NCBI GenBank assembly: GCA_002269645.1
Contig: NIVC01000231.1
Span: 44,076 to 108,075, forward strand
Origin: Macrostomum lignano
Lineage: Eukaryota
Length of the DNA: 64,000 nt
Direction: 5' to 3'
The notes beneath the pieces are model-generated. The model was not told the DNA's origin. It did not search any database and worked only from the letters and a program-made list of their open reading frames with translations. Shown here in pieces: positions 12,801 to 24,700 of the stretch. Both the position numbers and the translations under genes were made by a program. The stretch's first letter is position 1, and each line of letters begins with the position of its first letter.

Positions 12801-14239
12801 TAATCCTTGGTTTATTAATAGCAATAGTCCTTGGTTTATTGAGTGCAGTAATCCTTGGTTTATTAATAGCAGTAATCCTTGGCTATCGAGTGCAGTAATC
12901 CTTGGTTTATTAATAGCAATAGTCCTTGGTTTATTGAGTGCAGTAATCCTTGGTTTATTAATAGCAATAATCCTTGGCTTATCGAGTGCAGTAATCCTTG
13001 GTTTGCCAAGTGCATAATCCTTGTTTTATCGAGTGCAGTAATCCTTGGTTTATTAATAGCAATAATCCTTGGCTTATCGAGTGCAGTAATCCTTGGTTTA
13101 TTAATAGCAATAATCCATGGCTTATCGAGTGCAGTAATCCTTGGTTTGCCAAGAGCAATAGTCCTTGGTTTATTGAGTGCAGAAATCCTTGGTTTATTAA
13201 TAGCAATAGTCCTTGGTTTATTGAGTGCAGTAATCCTTGGTTTATTAATAGCAATAATCCTTGGCTTATCGAGTGCAGTAATCCTTGGTTTGCCAAGTGC
13301 ATAATCCTTGGTTTATTAATAGCAATAATCCTTGGCTTATCGAGTGCAGTAATCCTTGGTTTATTAATAGCAATAATCCTTGGTTTATCGAGTGCATTAA
13401 TCCTTGGTTTATTAATAGCAATAATCCTTGGCTTATCGAGTGCAGTAATCCTTGGTTTATTAATAGCAATAATCCTTGGCTTATCGAGTGCAGTAATCCT
13501 TGGTTTGCCAGAGCAATAGTCCTTGGTTTTTGAGTGCAGTAATCCTTGGTTTATTAATAGCAATAGTCCTTGGTTTATTGAGTGCAGTAATGCTTGGTTT
13601 ATTAATAGCAATAATCCTTGGCTTATCGATTGCAGTAATCCTTGGTTTGCCAAGTGCATAATCCTTGGTTTATTAATAGCAATAATCCTTGGTTTATCGA
13701 GTGCAGTAATCCTTAGTTTATTAATAGCAATAATCCTTGGCTTATCGAGTGCAGTAATCCTTGGTTTATTAATAGCAATAATCCATGGCTTATCGAGTGC
13801 AGTAATCCTTGGTTTGCCAAGAGCAATAGTCCTTGGCTTATCGAGTGCAGTAATCCTTGGTTTGCCAAGAGCAATAGTCCTTGGTTTATTGAGTGCAGTA
13901 ATCCTTGGTTTATTAATAGCAATAATCCTTGGCTTATCGAGTGCAGTAATCCTTGGTTTATTAATAGCAATAATCCTTGGTTTATCGAGTGCAGTAATCC
14001 TTGGTTTATTAATAGCAATAATCCTTGGCTTATCGAGTGCAGTAATTCATGGTTTATTAATAGCAATAATCCTTGGCTTATCGAGTGCAGTAATCCTTGG
14101 TTTATTAATAGCAATAATCCATGGCTTATCGAGTGCAGTAATCCTTGGTTTGCCAAGAGCAATAATCCTTGGCTTATCGAGTGCAGTATTCCTTGGTTTG
14201 CCAAGAGCAATAATCCTTAGCTTATCGAGTGCAGTAATC
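9855..14239 (+). repeat. Expanded 24-bp satellite (~4.4 kb) in Helitron 2
   Basis: Same monomers as 4878-6277. Variant patterns recur in blocks about 1.3 kb apart (~10370, ~11730, ~13000). Confidence 0.95.
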
Positions 14240-16176
14240 TAAGTGTTTTTATTTAGTCCTTTAATAAAAGCTTTTAATAAAAAATTTTACACTACTACTT
14301 TTAAACTACTTAGATTCGAACCCAGGTCGCTGCATTAGCAGTCTGGTCTGCTCAGCTCTAGGCTAGCTCTCATCGAAGTTATCAGTGAATTTGTACCACT
14401 TATATAATTAATTCAACACTCACACCAAGTCAGGTAGAGTAAAAAGTCACGCGAAGCAGTTATTATGACATAATCAATTTCTTAGGCAAGTCAGTACCAG
14501 TGTCTATGAAAGTTAACAATATGGTTACGTAATATAAATTCAGTACTGCACTATACTTTCACCCTCAAAGCTGTGACGCAATTCAATTGAGTGTCAAATT
14601 CAGCCAGTACACAGACGATAAATAAAGTGTATTGTGATGCAATCTATTTCAGAATCAGAATTCAACCAGTCAGATTTTTCTCTAGCATTCTTACAATGCA
14701 TTTCAGGTCGAAAGAGCTGCTTGACCTTTGCAAAAAATCATGTTTTTCGAATATTTGATCTCTTTAACATTGAGCAATTTTTCTCTAGCATTCTTACAAT
14801 GCATTTCAGGTCGAAAGAGCTGCTTGACCTTTGCAAAAAATCATGTTTTTCGAATATTTGATCTCTTTAACATTGAGCAATTTCTTAGCCAAGATGCATG
14901 TACCGTCCCAGGAAAATTTCTGATCGAATGGTGCAAGTTTGAAGAAAATCGGTTGAGCCGTTCGGGAGAAAATCAATTACAAGCAAGCAACCAAGCATTT
15001 CATTTTTAGTATATTAGAAGATAGAAGATAGAAGAAGAAGATTGTCAAATTCCTCTTGCAGTTTTTTAAGGTCAGTCTGTTTTCTATAAGTTGTTTCTTT
15101 AGCATCCTGTTTTATTCCTCAACAACTCAGTTGTTGCTTCAACATCTGTCTCTCTGTTAGCAGCTTGCCGCTACTCTCTTGCTTCTTCTGATACCTTATC
15201 TATTGCCTGTCTAAGTGGCTAAGCCTTCTAGCAGCTGTTGATATCTTTCCAAGAGTGCCCTTTTTGGGAGACATGAAAGCTAAGCTATCAAGAACTTTAT
15301 TTCATATCAGTTGTTGTCTAGGCCTATATAAGTGTAGTCTTAAGAAAAAAATCTAACTTCAAATTTCAAGTATGCATTAATAAAGCAGTGGTGAATGCTA
15401 TTTAATGTTAGGAGTCTATGTATGTGTAGCTAGTTTTCCTAGCCTCAACTAGAGGGAAATCGGCCATAAACATAGCTTTTAGTTCCTATAAGCAAAAATA
15501 CATTACTGAGATAAGAAAAAACAGGTTTTTGTCCATTTTCAGCCATCTCTTAAGTTAGGACCCCATTTTTTATTTGCCTAAAGCACTCCCCAGAAAATTC
15601 GTGTCTATTAGTCCAAGTCTTATCTTTCTACAACTTCCATTTAGGAGTCCATAGCAAATACACTCATAGACATATATAGAGTTTCATTTTTATATATTGA
15701 GATATTTAAACAATAGAATTGCAACACTACACCAAATTTTAACTTAAATTTTAGGTCCTAACAAGTTATTAGAGTAGTATAGAGTCATAGAATTGTTTTA
15801 TATATTTTTTTGGTTTGGTAGTAAGGGCGACTGTTCTCACTCTGTAAATATCCTAAAAGCTGCTACCAAAGTTGTCATAATTCTATTTTGATCCTAGAAA
15901 AAGATCTTCTTATAATTACTAAAGCTTCTTAGAATTATTCTAAGTATTTTTCTTACTATATATCTAAGTAATTATCTAACTATTATTCTAAGTATTGTTT
16001 TAGTAAGGTATAAATAAAGTTCTAGGAATTTCTTATTTCTTGTTAAATAATGTTATTATTTTACTATACTGATAGCATATTTACTTAGTTCTAGTAGTCC
16101 CTGCTATACCTTTGAATTACTTTGCAGCAGTGGAAAGTAGCACATACCACATTTATTAACCAGTAAAAATATATAT

Positions 16177-16328
16177 GCACAACCTTGGGAATCACTTGGC
16201 CATTTCTATTGGCAACACACATGTAAGTTGCTATTGGCTCAGAGCAGTCACATGACTACTATTCCATCCAATAGCAACTTATGTGGGTGTTGCCAATAGA
16301 AACAGCCAGAAAAATCCCTAGGTTGTGC
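16177..16328. mobile_element. Uninterrupted palindromic MITE-like element
   Basis: Termini gcacaaccttggga ... tccctaggttgtgc; internal inverted arms (ttctattggcaaca / tgttgccaatagaa). Confidence 0.7.
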
Positions 16329-16491
16329 CCAAGCTGAGTAAAGTTGACCTGTAAAGTTGAGTCAATGCCAAAAAACAAAAAATTGTTTTAGGTCATTGGG
16401 TGAATATCTCATAGAATTGGTATATTTATATTGTAGAATGCACTTGGAAACAAATGAATGCATAGTCAATATTGGAAATAAATATTGACTA

Positions 16492-17065
16492 CGAGGGTCA
16501 TCCCAAAAGTTCTCTGTATCACTGAATTACTCCTACAAACTGGAACCAATTTTGAAGAAACTGCACACAAACTTGCACCAATATCTGCACACAACATTGA
16601 TGAATTTTCATAAAAAAATCTCCATGCAATTAGAAATAACAAGCTGAGTTGTCCAACACCTTCAGAGCAAATGGACAGCTCTCACATTGACTTCTTTAAC
16701 TGGCACAGTGCAGCTTGTGCAGCATCAACGACTGAATAGGCAAGTGTCACAAGCAGAAAAGTGAATGAACTTGACAAGAATTCCATCATTTATTCTTGAA
16801 TGACTGGCTGACTCACATGACTGGTCGGTGATGCTGCACGAGCTGCACTGTGCCAGTTAAAGAAGTCAATGTGAGAGCTGTCCATTTGCTCTGAAGGTGT
16901 TGGACAACTCAGCTTGTTATTTCTAATTGCATGGAGATTTTTTAATGAAAATTCATCAATGTTGTGTGCAGATATTGGTGCAAGTTTGTGTGCAGTTTCT
17001 TCAAAATTGGTTCCAGTTTGTAGGAGTAATTCAGTGATACAGAGAACTTTTGGGATGACCCTTTG
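16492..17065. mobile_element. Tc1/mariner-like foldback MITE with ~240-bp TIRs
   Basis: 16492-~16733 is the near-perfect reverse complement of ~16823-17065. Flanked by TA at 16490-16491 and 17066-17067. Terminus cgagggtcatcccaaaagtt resembles mariner CGAGGG ends. Confidence 0.82.
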
Positions 17066-17344
17066 TAGACAAAAGCTTAATCTACAGCTGCAGCTATTAG
17101 CAAAGAACATAAATTCATTCTAAGAACATCATCAGAAACAATTGAATTTCACAGATCAATAAAAATAATATTGTTTAAAAATATTCCATATACAATAAAT
17201 GTAATTTTATTAGTAAGTAGCGATATTTAAATGAAAACAAATATACAACAACATAAAATATAGTATAGTACATTGATTAGGCAAATTGTGAATCTTTAAA
17301 AATATACTGTTGCTTCAAAGAATATATTTACTTACCTATTTAGG

Positions 17345-17943
17345 GATCCAGTAACAGTAACAATAATAGTAATAAGTAATTCGGCACCTCAGCCATTGAT
17401 CAGGCTCTTACGCTACTAGATAAATATGAATTCCAGGTTGGGAGTGTACTTATGTACACTGAGATCCTAATTGGAGCTAAGAGGACTATACAAAGGGCAA
17501 ATGACAGATCAAAAACCTCCCCAGGGGACAGTGACAGCCCAAAAATCCAGGTTAGATAGACCCCATGCCTATTAGGGTTAGCCCGAAAGCTGAGGGCCAT
17601 GGCTACCATGCTGGGGCTGACCACCCACCACCCCCGGGTACTCAAGCCAAATGTACATAAACCTCCCCGGGGCCAGAGGGGATAGAGTAAACCATTCAGG
17701 GAAGCCCGTGCCTTCTCCTGGGTTAGATAAGCCAAAAACTGGTCATATGACCGCCCCTACAGCCATGGCAACCCGAAGGAGCCTCCCCCCAACTAAACCC
17801 CGGGTACTCTTGCCAGACAGTCTCTTATCATTGAATCAGCAGGAGGGCTAATCGCCGGGACTATTTCACCCTTTGCTTCGCCAACCCACCATTTCTATAA
17901 TGACCATGCCAACGGTCTCGTCCTGCTCAGACTCAGTCCATAG
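17345..17943 (-). mobile_element. Putative non-autonomous retroelement (SINE/Penelope/retrozyme-like) remnant
   Basis: GC-richer block in AT-rich DNA with internal degenerate direct repeats (gccatggc[t/a]acc; ccccgggtactc). On the - strand it ends in a ttatt/ttact-type simple tail (~17345-17380) and begins with a hammerhead-like fold. Confidence 0.35.
17895..17943 (-). ncRNA. Degenerate type I hammerhead ribozyme-like sequence
   Basis: - strand ctatgga-CTGA-gtct(gagca)ggac-GAGA-ccgt(tggc)atgg-TC-attatag. Stems I, II, III and a GUC site are present, but the core lacks the TGA of CTGATGA and has GAGA for GAAA. Confidence 0.4.
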
Positions 17944-18334
17944 CTTGTTTATTAAGCGAAAAATTTAATTGGTTCGTATATAAGAGACTTTATGATAGAG
18001 CAGCACATCAGAACACAGGAAATTGAGGAGGAGGAGGAAAGAAAGAAGGGAAGAGGAAATGAATGGGCAGACAAGCTATGGCTGAGATTGCTCGCCCATT
18101 GGATGAGTTTGGTTGAAAAAACGTGATAGTCTATGGTTCAAACTACCTCCTTCGTCGTATTGAAATCTATGGGATGGATGAGTTTGCTTGCTCCTTGGCT
18201 GAGATAGCTCGCAAAAACCAATACTTTGTATGCTTGTGAAAAAGTTGTGTAAAAGTTGTGAAACCTGTGTTGCACCTGCACTAATGCTTTGAATTTCTTA
18301 CCCCACTTTTCAGATTTGATAACAACAATTAAAC

Positions 18335-20574
18335 ATGCAAACACAAAACAAATATATCTATTTGGTAATAGTTGTGTGCCATATTATTTTGTATTGCACC
18401 TCAATCACTGAACAGTCTGTACTCCGTTTTGAGGCGCCACATCCATTTGAGCCACAGTCAGCCATCAATCTGTCGCCTCCACCGCCAGTTGTCTTTGTTA
18501 CAAAGACTTTCACTAGTCAGATTGATCACTTCTCATTCAATCCCTATTTGGGAAGTTTCCGAGTTCGCTACTTGATTAATGACACCTATTATCAACCTGG
18601 ATCGCCTATTCTATTCTACACTGGAAATGAAGGTAGAATTGAAGCATTTGCTAATAACACCCTCATCATGTGGCAAATGGCTCCTGTGATTAATGCCGCT
18701 CTTGTGTTTGTTGAGCATCGTTACTATGGCAACAGTATGCCATTTGGCGATCATTCGATGGACAATGCGTCTACACTTGCCTATCTAACTGCCGAGCAGG
18801 CATTGGCTGATTTTGCTTATTTTTTGACGAATTTGAAATACTTGGAGCCTCGACTTGTTGCTAAACGCTCCCCAGTGATTGCTATTGGTGGCTCCTATGG
18901 AGGCATGCTATCTGCCTGGATGCGCCAGAAATATCCTCATCTAGTACAGGGCGCTCTGGCCTCCTCTGCTCCCGTTTTACAATTTATTAACGTCACCAGT
19001 TGTTACGCATTTTCTGCCGCTGTGTCTAATGCGTTTACTAAGGCTTCGCCTAATTGTTCTGTGAGTTGTATTGGTTGCTATACTGCAATTGGGAGTAGAT
19101 TGCATTGGGTGCGTCTTTACTCATTAGTACAATTAAAGCTGTGTCTTTTGTCTCACTGGTAAGGGCATTGGGGGTGGGTGTCTTCACTTTGACTGATAAG
19201 GGGAATGGGGTGGGTGTCTTTGCTCTGACTGATAAGGGGAATGGGGTGGGTGTCTTCCCTCTCATTGATAAGGGGAATGAGGTGGGTGTCTTCGCTCTGA
19301 CTGATAAGGGGAATGGGGTGGGTGTCTTCCCTCTCATTGATAAGGGGAATGGGGTGGGTGTCTTCGCTCTGACTGATAATGGAAATGGGGTGGGTGTCTT
19401 CCCTCTGACTGATAAGGGGAATGGGGTGGGTGTTTTCGCTCTGACTGATAAGGGGGATGGGGTGGGTGTCTTCCCTCTGACTGATAAGGGGGATGGGGTG
19501 GGTGTCTTCGCTCTGACTGATAAGGGGAATGGGGTGGGTGTCTGCTCTGACTGATAAGGGAAATGGGATGGGTGTCTTCGCTCTGACTGTTAAGGGAAAT
19601 GGGTGGGCGTCTTTGCTCTGACGATGATATTTTGTAAAGAAAATGATATTTCGGATTTAGTCCAACAAACATACACGGCACAAATATGCTATGCACACAA
19701 ACACACCCTACAGGCCAACATACGCAAGTCCTGGTCGGCCATCGATCGCACTGCAGCCAGCGGTCAGTCGGGTCTTCTAAAGCTATCAAAAATATTTGCC
19801 ACCTGTTCGCCTCTAACTAGTAAATCAGACGTTAATGGTTTAAAAGCTTGGATTGTATCAGCTTACGTGACGGCTGCAATGGTTAATTATCCGTATCCGG
19901 CAAGCTTTCTGCTGCCACTGCCAGCTTGGCCAGTGGCCTCAATTTGTCGACCGATTTCATCCGTTGCATCGGTGTCAGATGAATCCAATAATGACGATAT
20001 AAGCCTATTGTCGGCTGTGTCTGCCGGTTTAAACCGCTACTATTACAACTACACGGGTGGCGTAGCCTGTCTGAATCTGACAGTTGATCCGTCATCTGCC
20101 ACCCTGGACGATCGGGGCTGGGGTGCCCAATCGTGCAACGAAATGGTCATGCCAGATTCCTGCGCAAATGGGATCACGGATATGTTGCAGCCAACTGGGG
20201 ACTTTGATTTAGAAGCTTACACTGCCAGCTGCTTGAGTCAGTTCGGTATTCGACCCAGGCCTAACTGGGTGATGACTCAGTTTGCTGGAGCTGTAGATCC
20301 AATTGCCTGTTCTAATATCTTCTACGCCAACGGCGATTTGGACCCGTGGGCTCCGGGTGGTGTTAAAACCTCGCCAAATCCCAGCTGCCCAGCTGAGCTG
20401 ATGAAGAATGCTGCTCATCATTTGGATTTGCGAGCGGCCGATGCCAGAGACCCGCCAGATGTTGCCAGGATTAGGAAGCTGCAGTGGCAGGCTGTGCAGC
20501 GATGGTGCAAAGATTTTCACCAAGGTGTCGCTAACGCTAACATTGATCATGCTGTGTGGAATCGACATCTTTAA
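18335..20574 (+). CDS. PRCP: Lysosomal Pro-X carboxypeptidase (peptidase S28), 528 aa; exons 18335-19060 and 19714-20574
   Basis: Hydrophobic signal-like N-terminus; QIDHFSF, FYTGNEG, EHRYYG, LTAEQALADFA, GGSYGG (catalytic Ser), NGDLDPW (Asp), AAHHLDLR (His). Phase-0 GT-AG intron joins SPNCS|ANIRKSW. Confidence 0.93.
19157..19620 (+). repeat. 36-bp intronic minisatellite (gggtgggtgtcttcgctctgactgataaggggaatg)
   Basis: Period 36 (19385, 19421); lies inside the PRCP intron. Confidence 0.95.
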
Positions 20575-20890
20575 TGAACGAATTGATGAACAGAACTACC
20601 CCAACGAATGTTTAATATCTTCAATATTATTTTCGATTCGAATCTCATTAAAATTAAAAAAAAATAATCACTAACGTTAGTCATTGCAAACAACTCGCTA
20701 GTGACTATACGAGTCACTCTGGGGCGGCTCTGTGACTTTTAAACACGACTTAGACGACTGTAATGCGACGAAGAGGCATCACGTGACTTATAGAATCGTA
20801 AAAGAGAAGTCTTCCAAGACTCGTTTTGTTAGCACCTTAACCTTTTAATAACTTAAGTGGACTAAATGGATTTGCTATAAATGCTCTATT

Positions 20891-21193
20891 AGGGGGTTGC
20901 AGCCTATTGGTTAGAGCGTCGGACTCACAGCTTGAAGGTCGAGGGTTCGATTCCGATCCCACTGGATCAATTTGTGTCCTTGAGCACAAGACACTCAACT
21001 CTGCATTGCTTCAGTTCACCCAGTGGTAAAATGGGTGCCAGCATTAGCTGGGGTAATTGAGGGTGTGTGGCGACCCCCCAGTCCTTGGACTGAACAGCCG
21101 TACGCAGCCTTCAGATGCGCCGCGCAATAGCTGCGGCTGAGCTGTCGGTTGTACATCTGGTTATTAGGGCAGGTGTAATCAATTATTATTCTT
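20891..21193 (+). mobile_element. tRNA-derived SINE with a CORE-like central domain
   Basis: A box (agcctattggttag), B box gggttcgattcc (20943-20954), then tgtgtccttgagcacaagacactcaac...cagttcacccagtggtaaaatggg resembling the CORE consensus, and an AT-rich tail near 21181. Confidence 0.75.
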
Positions 21194-21713
21194 AGGGGTG
21201 TGAATGCTACTGCTCTCTGTCTCGCAGGAATAAATTTACAAATTAACTCATAATTTTTTATGATTAATGTTTTTATAGGAAATATTAATTGAAAAATGAT
21301 TTTTTATCAATTAATATCTTTTTAATGTTGAACAATACAAGAATCTTGCGTTGATTTTTTTATAATTACGACCGTATTTTTTTCTTAATCGACAATATTT
21401 TATACAGGTGCTTTTTGTACTTAGCTTTAAAACCCCAGATCTGTTGATTATTGACTATTGTATTTTCTCTTGCAAGTCAATAAATATTTTTTTGCACCAC
21501 ACGTACAACTTATATGAATCTTTTGACTTATTTTTTATAATTTTATAATATCTCATGTAGTGTAGAAATCAACTGACACCAAATTACCCTACTCAGTGAC
21601 TGAATTCAGATTCCAAAATAACATCAGTGACACTTCTGACTCCAAAACACCCTAATCAATACTTAGAAACCTACTCTAGAAACAAAATCAAACACTCTGA
21701 ACCTGAATATTTC

Positions 21714-24700
21714 ATGGACAACTTCATTGGCGTTACCATACTGGGCCGATCCAGCGGTCTAACCGCTTCAGGTGACTGCCTAGCAATTAAATTGAATGCT
21801 GCATCAGTCTCATCTGCTCTCACCGCAGCCTCAACCGCCCAGCCGTTCCGTCTGCAACTCGACCGGCTGTTAGTTGAGCATCGCTCTAAACGGCTTTTCT
21901 ATCAGGTATTTCCTAATAGCCATTCGTTCAGGTATCCAGCCTGGTTGCCATGGTCAACCATTGACGGAGACCCAGACTATGATGACGCAATCATTAACGA
22001 ACGTGAACGTGAACTGCCAAGACTATTGAAGGCCGCTCCTGGTTGCAATGCCGATCAAACTAAGTCGTCTTTGCACTATAGTTTAGATTGCCTGCCAGCT
22101 TGTCTGTTCTCTCTGACGCTGCTGTGCGTAGCTCTGGACGATGACGTCATCAGCAGTTCCGGTGTTAGCGTAGACGAGCAAACTAAACTTGAGCACACTG
22201 TCGAAGGCTTGTTAAGAGCTCAGCTGTGGCATGATGCAAGAATTATTATGGTTGCGGCGTCAGAAGCTTTGACTCGAGCTTTGATTGATGCCGGCTTGTC
22301 TTTTGTGTCTGTCGACTGTTTAGATGAAGCGGTTGAGATGCTGGGTAGATCGTCGTTTCGGTTCTGTCTGCAAGTCAAGGTGAGGCTTTTGAATTTGGTA
22401 TCGTTTAGATAGATACAGCTTATGATACAGTTAGATGCAATAAAGTATTCGTGTATGTTCAATGGTGTTGAGATAGATCTGGAAGGGTTCGGGTAGATAA
22501 CGAAAAGGTTCAGGTATATTCGTTTAGGTAGATCCGGAAGGGTTCCTGTAGATTAATAAGAGTTCAGGTAGATCTGGTAGGCTTCAGGTAGATTTGGTAG
22601 TGTCCAGGTAGATCCGGAAGGGTTTAAGTAGATTTGGGAAGATTCAGGTAGATCTCGAAGGGTTCAGTATATCTGGTAGGGTTCAGGTAGATATGGTAGG
22701 GTTCAGGTAGATATGGTAGGGTTCAGGTAGATCTGGTAGGGTTCAGGTAGATCTGGTAGGGTTCAGGTAGATCGGGTAGGGTTCAGGTAGATCTGGTAGG
22801 GTTCAGGTAGATCTGATAGGGTTCAGGTAGATATGGTAGGATTTAGGTATTTGTGGTAGTGTTCGGGTAGATCTGGTAGGGCTCCGATAGATCGGGTAGG
22901 TCTCAGGTAGATCTGGTAGGGTTTCAGGTCTAAGAGATCCAGAGATGATCTAAGAGGCTCTAAGAGACGCTAGATATGTGGTAGGGTTTAGGTATATGTG
23001 GTAGGGTTCAGGTAGATCTGGTAGGGCTCCGGTAGATCGGGTAGGTCTCAGGTAGATCGAGATCTTAGGTAGATCGGGTAGGTCTCAGGTAGATTTGGTA
23101 AAGTTCAGGTAGATCTGGTAGGGCTCAGGTAGATTTGGTAGAGTTTAGGTAGATCTGGTAGGGTTTAGGTATATGTGGTAGGGTTCAGGTAGATCTGGTA
23201 GAGTCCAGGTAGATATGGTAGTGTCTATGATAGATATCTAGATTCACGTAGATAGATTCTAAATGATTCAGGTAGATCTGTTCAAACTCAAGTGTGAGTC
23301 TGGTGCTCAAATACATATAAATACAGCCATAAAAATGCATGTTAATTCATACTGAACTCATCCATCAAACCCCAGGCCAATACCAACCGCAAGGAGCCGC
23401 TAGATGACGCACTTCTAGAAGGCTTCTGCATTGAGCCACTATCAGTACCCGGGCACCAGTGCGACTCGGACAAAATTAAAACCGAAATAAAAACGGAACC
23501 AGAGGAACTTCAGTCAGATGTCACACCAATGTTCATCAGACCAGTGTGGACTGTGCTTTCCGATTCGCCTCTGGCATCGAATGTCACTCTAGTCCCAGTT
23601 GATACGAATCGAGTATTTCAAGTCCGACATTGTCGGGCATCGTCGAATGTTTTTGCCAATAGTGATGAAGATAGCTGGTCCAGGTTTTTGGCGAGTTCTC
23701 CCGTCCTGCTGCTCAGAGCGGACGCTTGTCTGCCAACCAATCGTGAGCTGGAGGCTCTGCCGTATACTCACCTGGCTAGTAGGGCAGATGAACGACGCCG
23801 GTCGCTGAGAGCTCTGTCTAAAGCTGCTGAGAATACCGCTATGATGAGTACCAGGGTTAATTGGGCTGAGTGAGTTCTGATTTTTTAGGATTTTTATTTT
23901 TGCTTTCTTTATTGTGGTTAAAATGAGGAAACGGGAATAGAAGAGAGTCTAGATATCGCATAGGATATTTTGGGGATCTAAGAGACGCTAAGTATCCCAT
24001 AGGATATTTTGGGGATCTAAAAGACGCCAAGTATCCCATAGGATATTTTGGGGATCTAAAAGACGCTAGGTATCCCATATGATATTTTATGGATCTAAGA
24101 GACGCCAAGTATCCCATAGGATATTTTGGGGATCTAAGATACGCTAAGTATCCCATGGGATATTTTGGGGATCTAAAAGAGACGCTAAGTATCCCATAGG
24201 ATATTTTGAGGATCTAAGAGACGCTTAGTATTTCATAGGATATTTTGGGGATCTAAGAGACGCTAGGTATCCCATAGGATATTTTGGGGATCTAAGAGAC
24301 GCTAGGTATCCCATATGATATTTTATGGATCTAAGAGACGCCAAGTATCCCATAGGATATTTTGGGGATCTAAGAGACGCCAAGTATCCCATAGGATATT
24401 TTAGGGATCTAAGAGACGCTAGGTGTCCCATAGGATATTTTAGGGATCTAAGAGACGCTTGTATCCCATAGGATATTTTGGGGATCTAAGAGACGCTAGG
24501 TATCCCATAGGATATTTTAGGGATCTAAGAGACACCAAGTATCCCATAGGATATTTTGGGGATAAAAGAGTCAATTCTAGATATACTTTGGGATTTTCAA
24601 TCACAGTATAGAATTACTAACAATTTCCCTAACTAACCACCCCACAGACAGCTCAGCATATTGGGCCAACGCTGTCTCAAGTCCCGCAGAGACGTGGGCG

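Larger units (their letters stand above)
6950..15021 (-). mobile_element. Non-autonomous Helitron, copy 2 (8072 bp), head-to-tail with copy 1
   Basis: Near-identical to copy 1 outside the tandem arrays. 3' CTAG at 6953-6950 abuts the TC of copy 1. 5' TC at 15021-15020 is preceded by A, matching the A^T target rule. Confidence 0.82.

Noticed and set aside
4878-14239. CRISPR-like appearance of regularly spaced repeats
   Set aside because: No unique spacers, no cas genes, eukaryotic context; the same applies to all other arrays in the window.
4873-14242. Many hydrophobic or NPWF/NQGL-repeat ORFs
   Set aside because: Translations of the 24-bp satellite in several frames and on both strands; the 23-bp variants break the frames.
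15040-15280. Possible decayed transposon protein N-terminus on the - strand (MSPKKGTLGK...)
   Set aside because: Short and stop-interrupted, with no diagnostic motif.
16790-17123. ORFs of 106 and 69 aa
   Set aside because: They lie in the arms of the foldback MITE; the mirrored arm has a stop and no recognisable domain.
17590-17830. HDV-like ribozyme or RFX sites in the GC-rich duplicated motifs
   Set aside because: Could not build the nested double pseudoknot by eye; gccatggcaac is only a half X-box.
18335-20574. DPP7 as an alternative identity
   Set aside because: PVIAIGGSYGGML, NGITDML and RPRPNW fit recalled PRCP better; a phylogeny would settle it.
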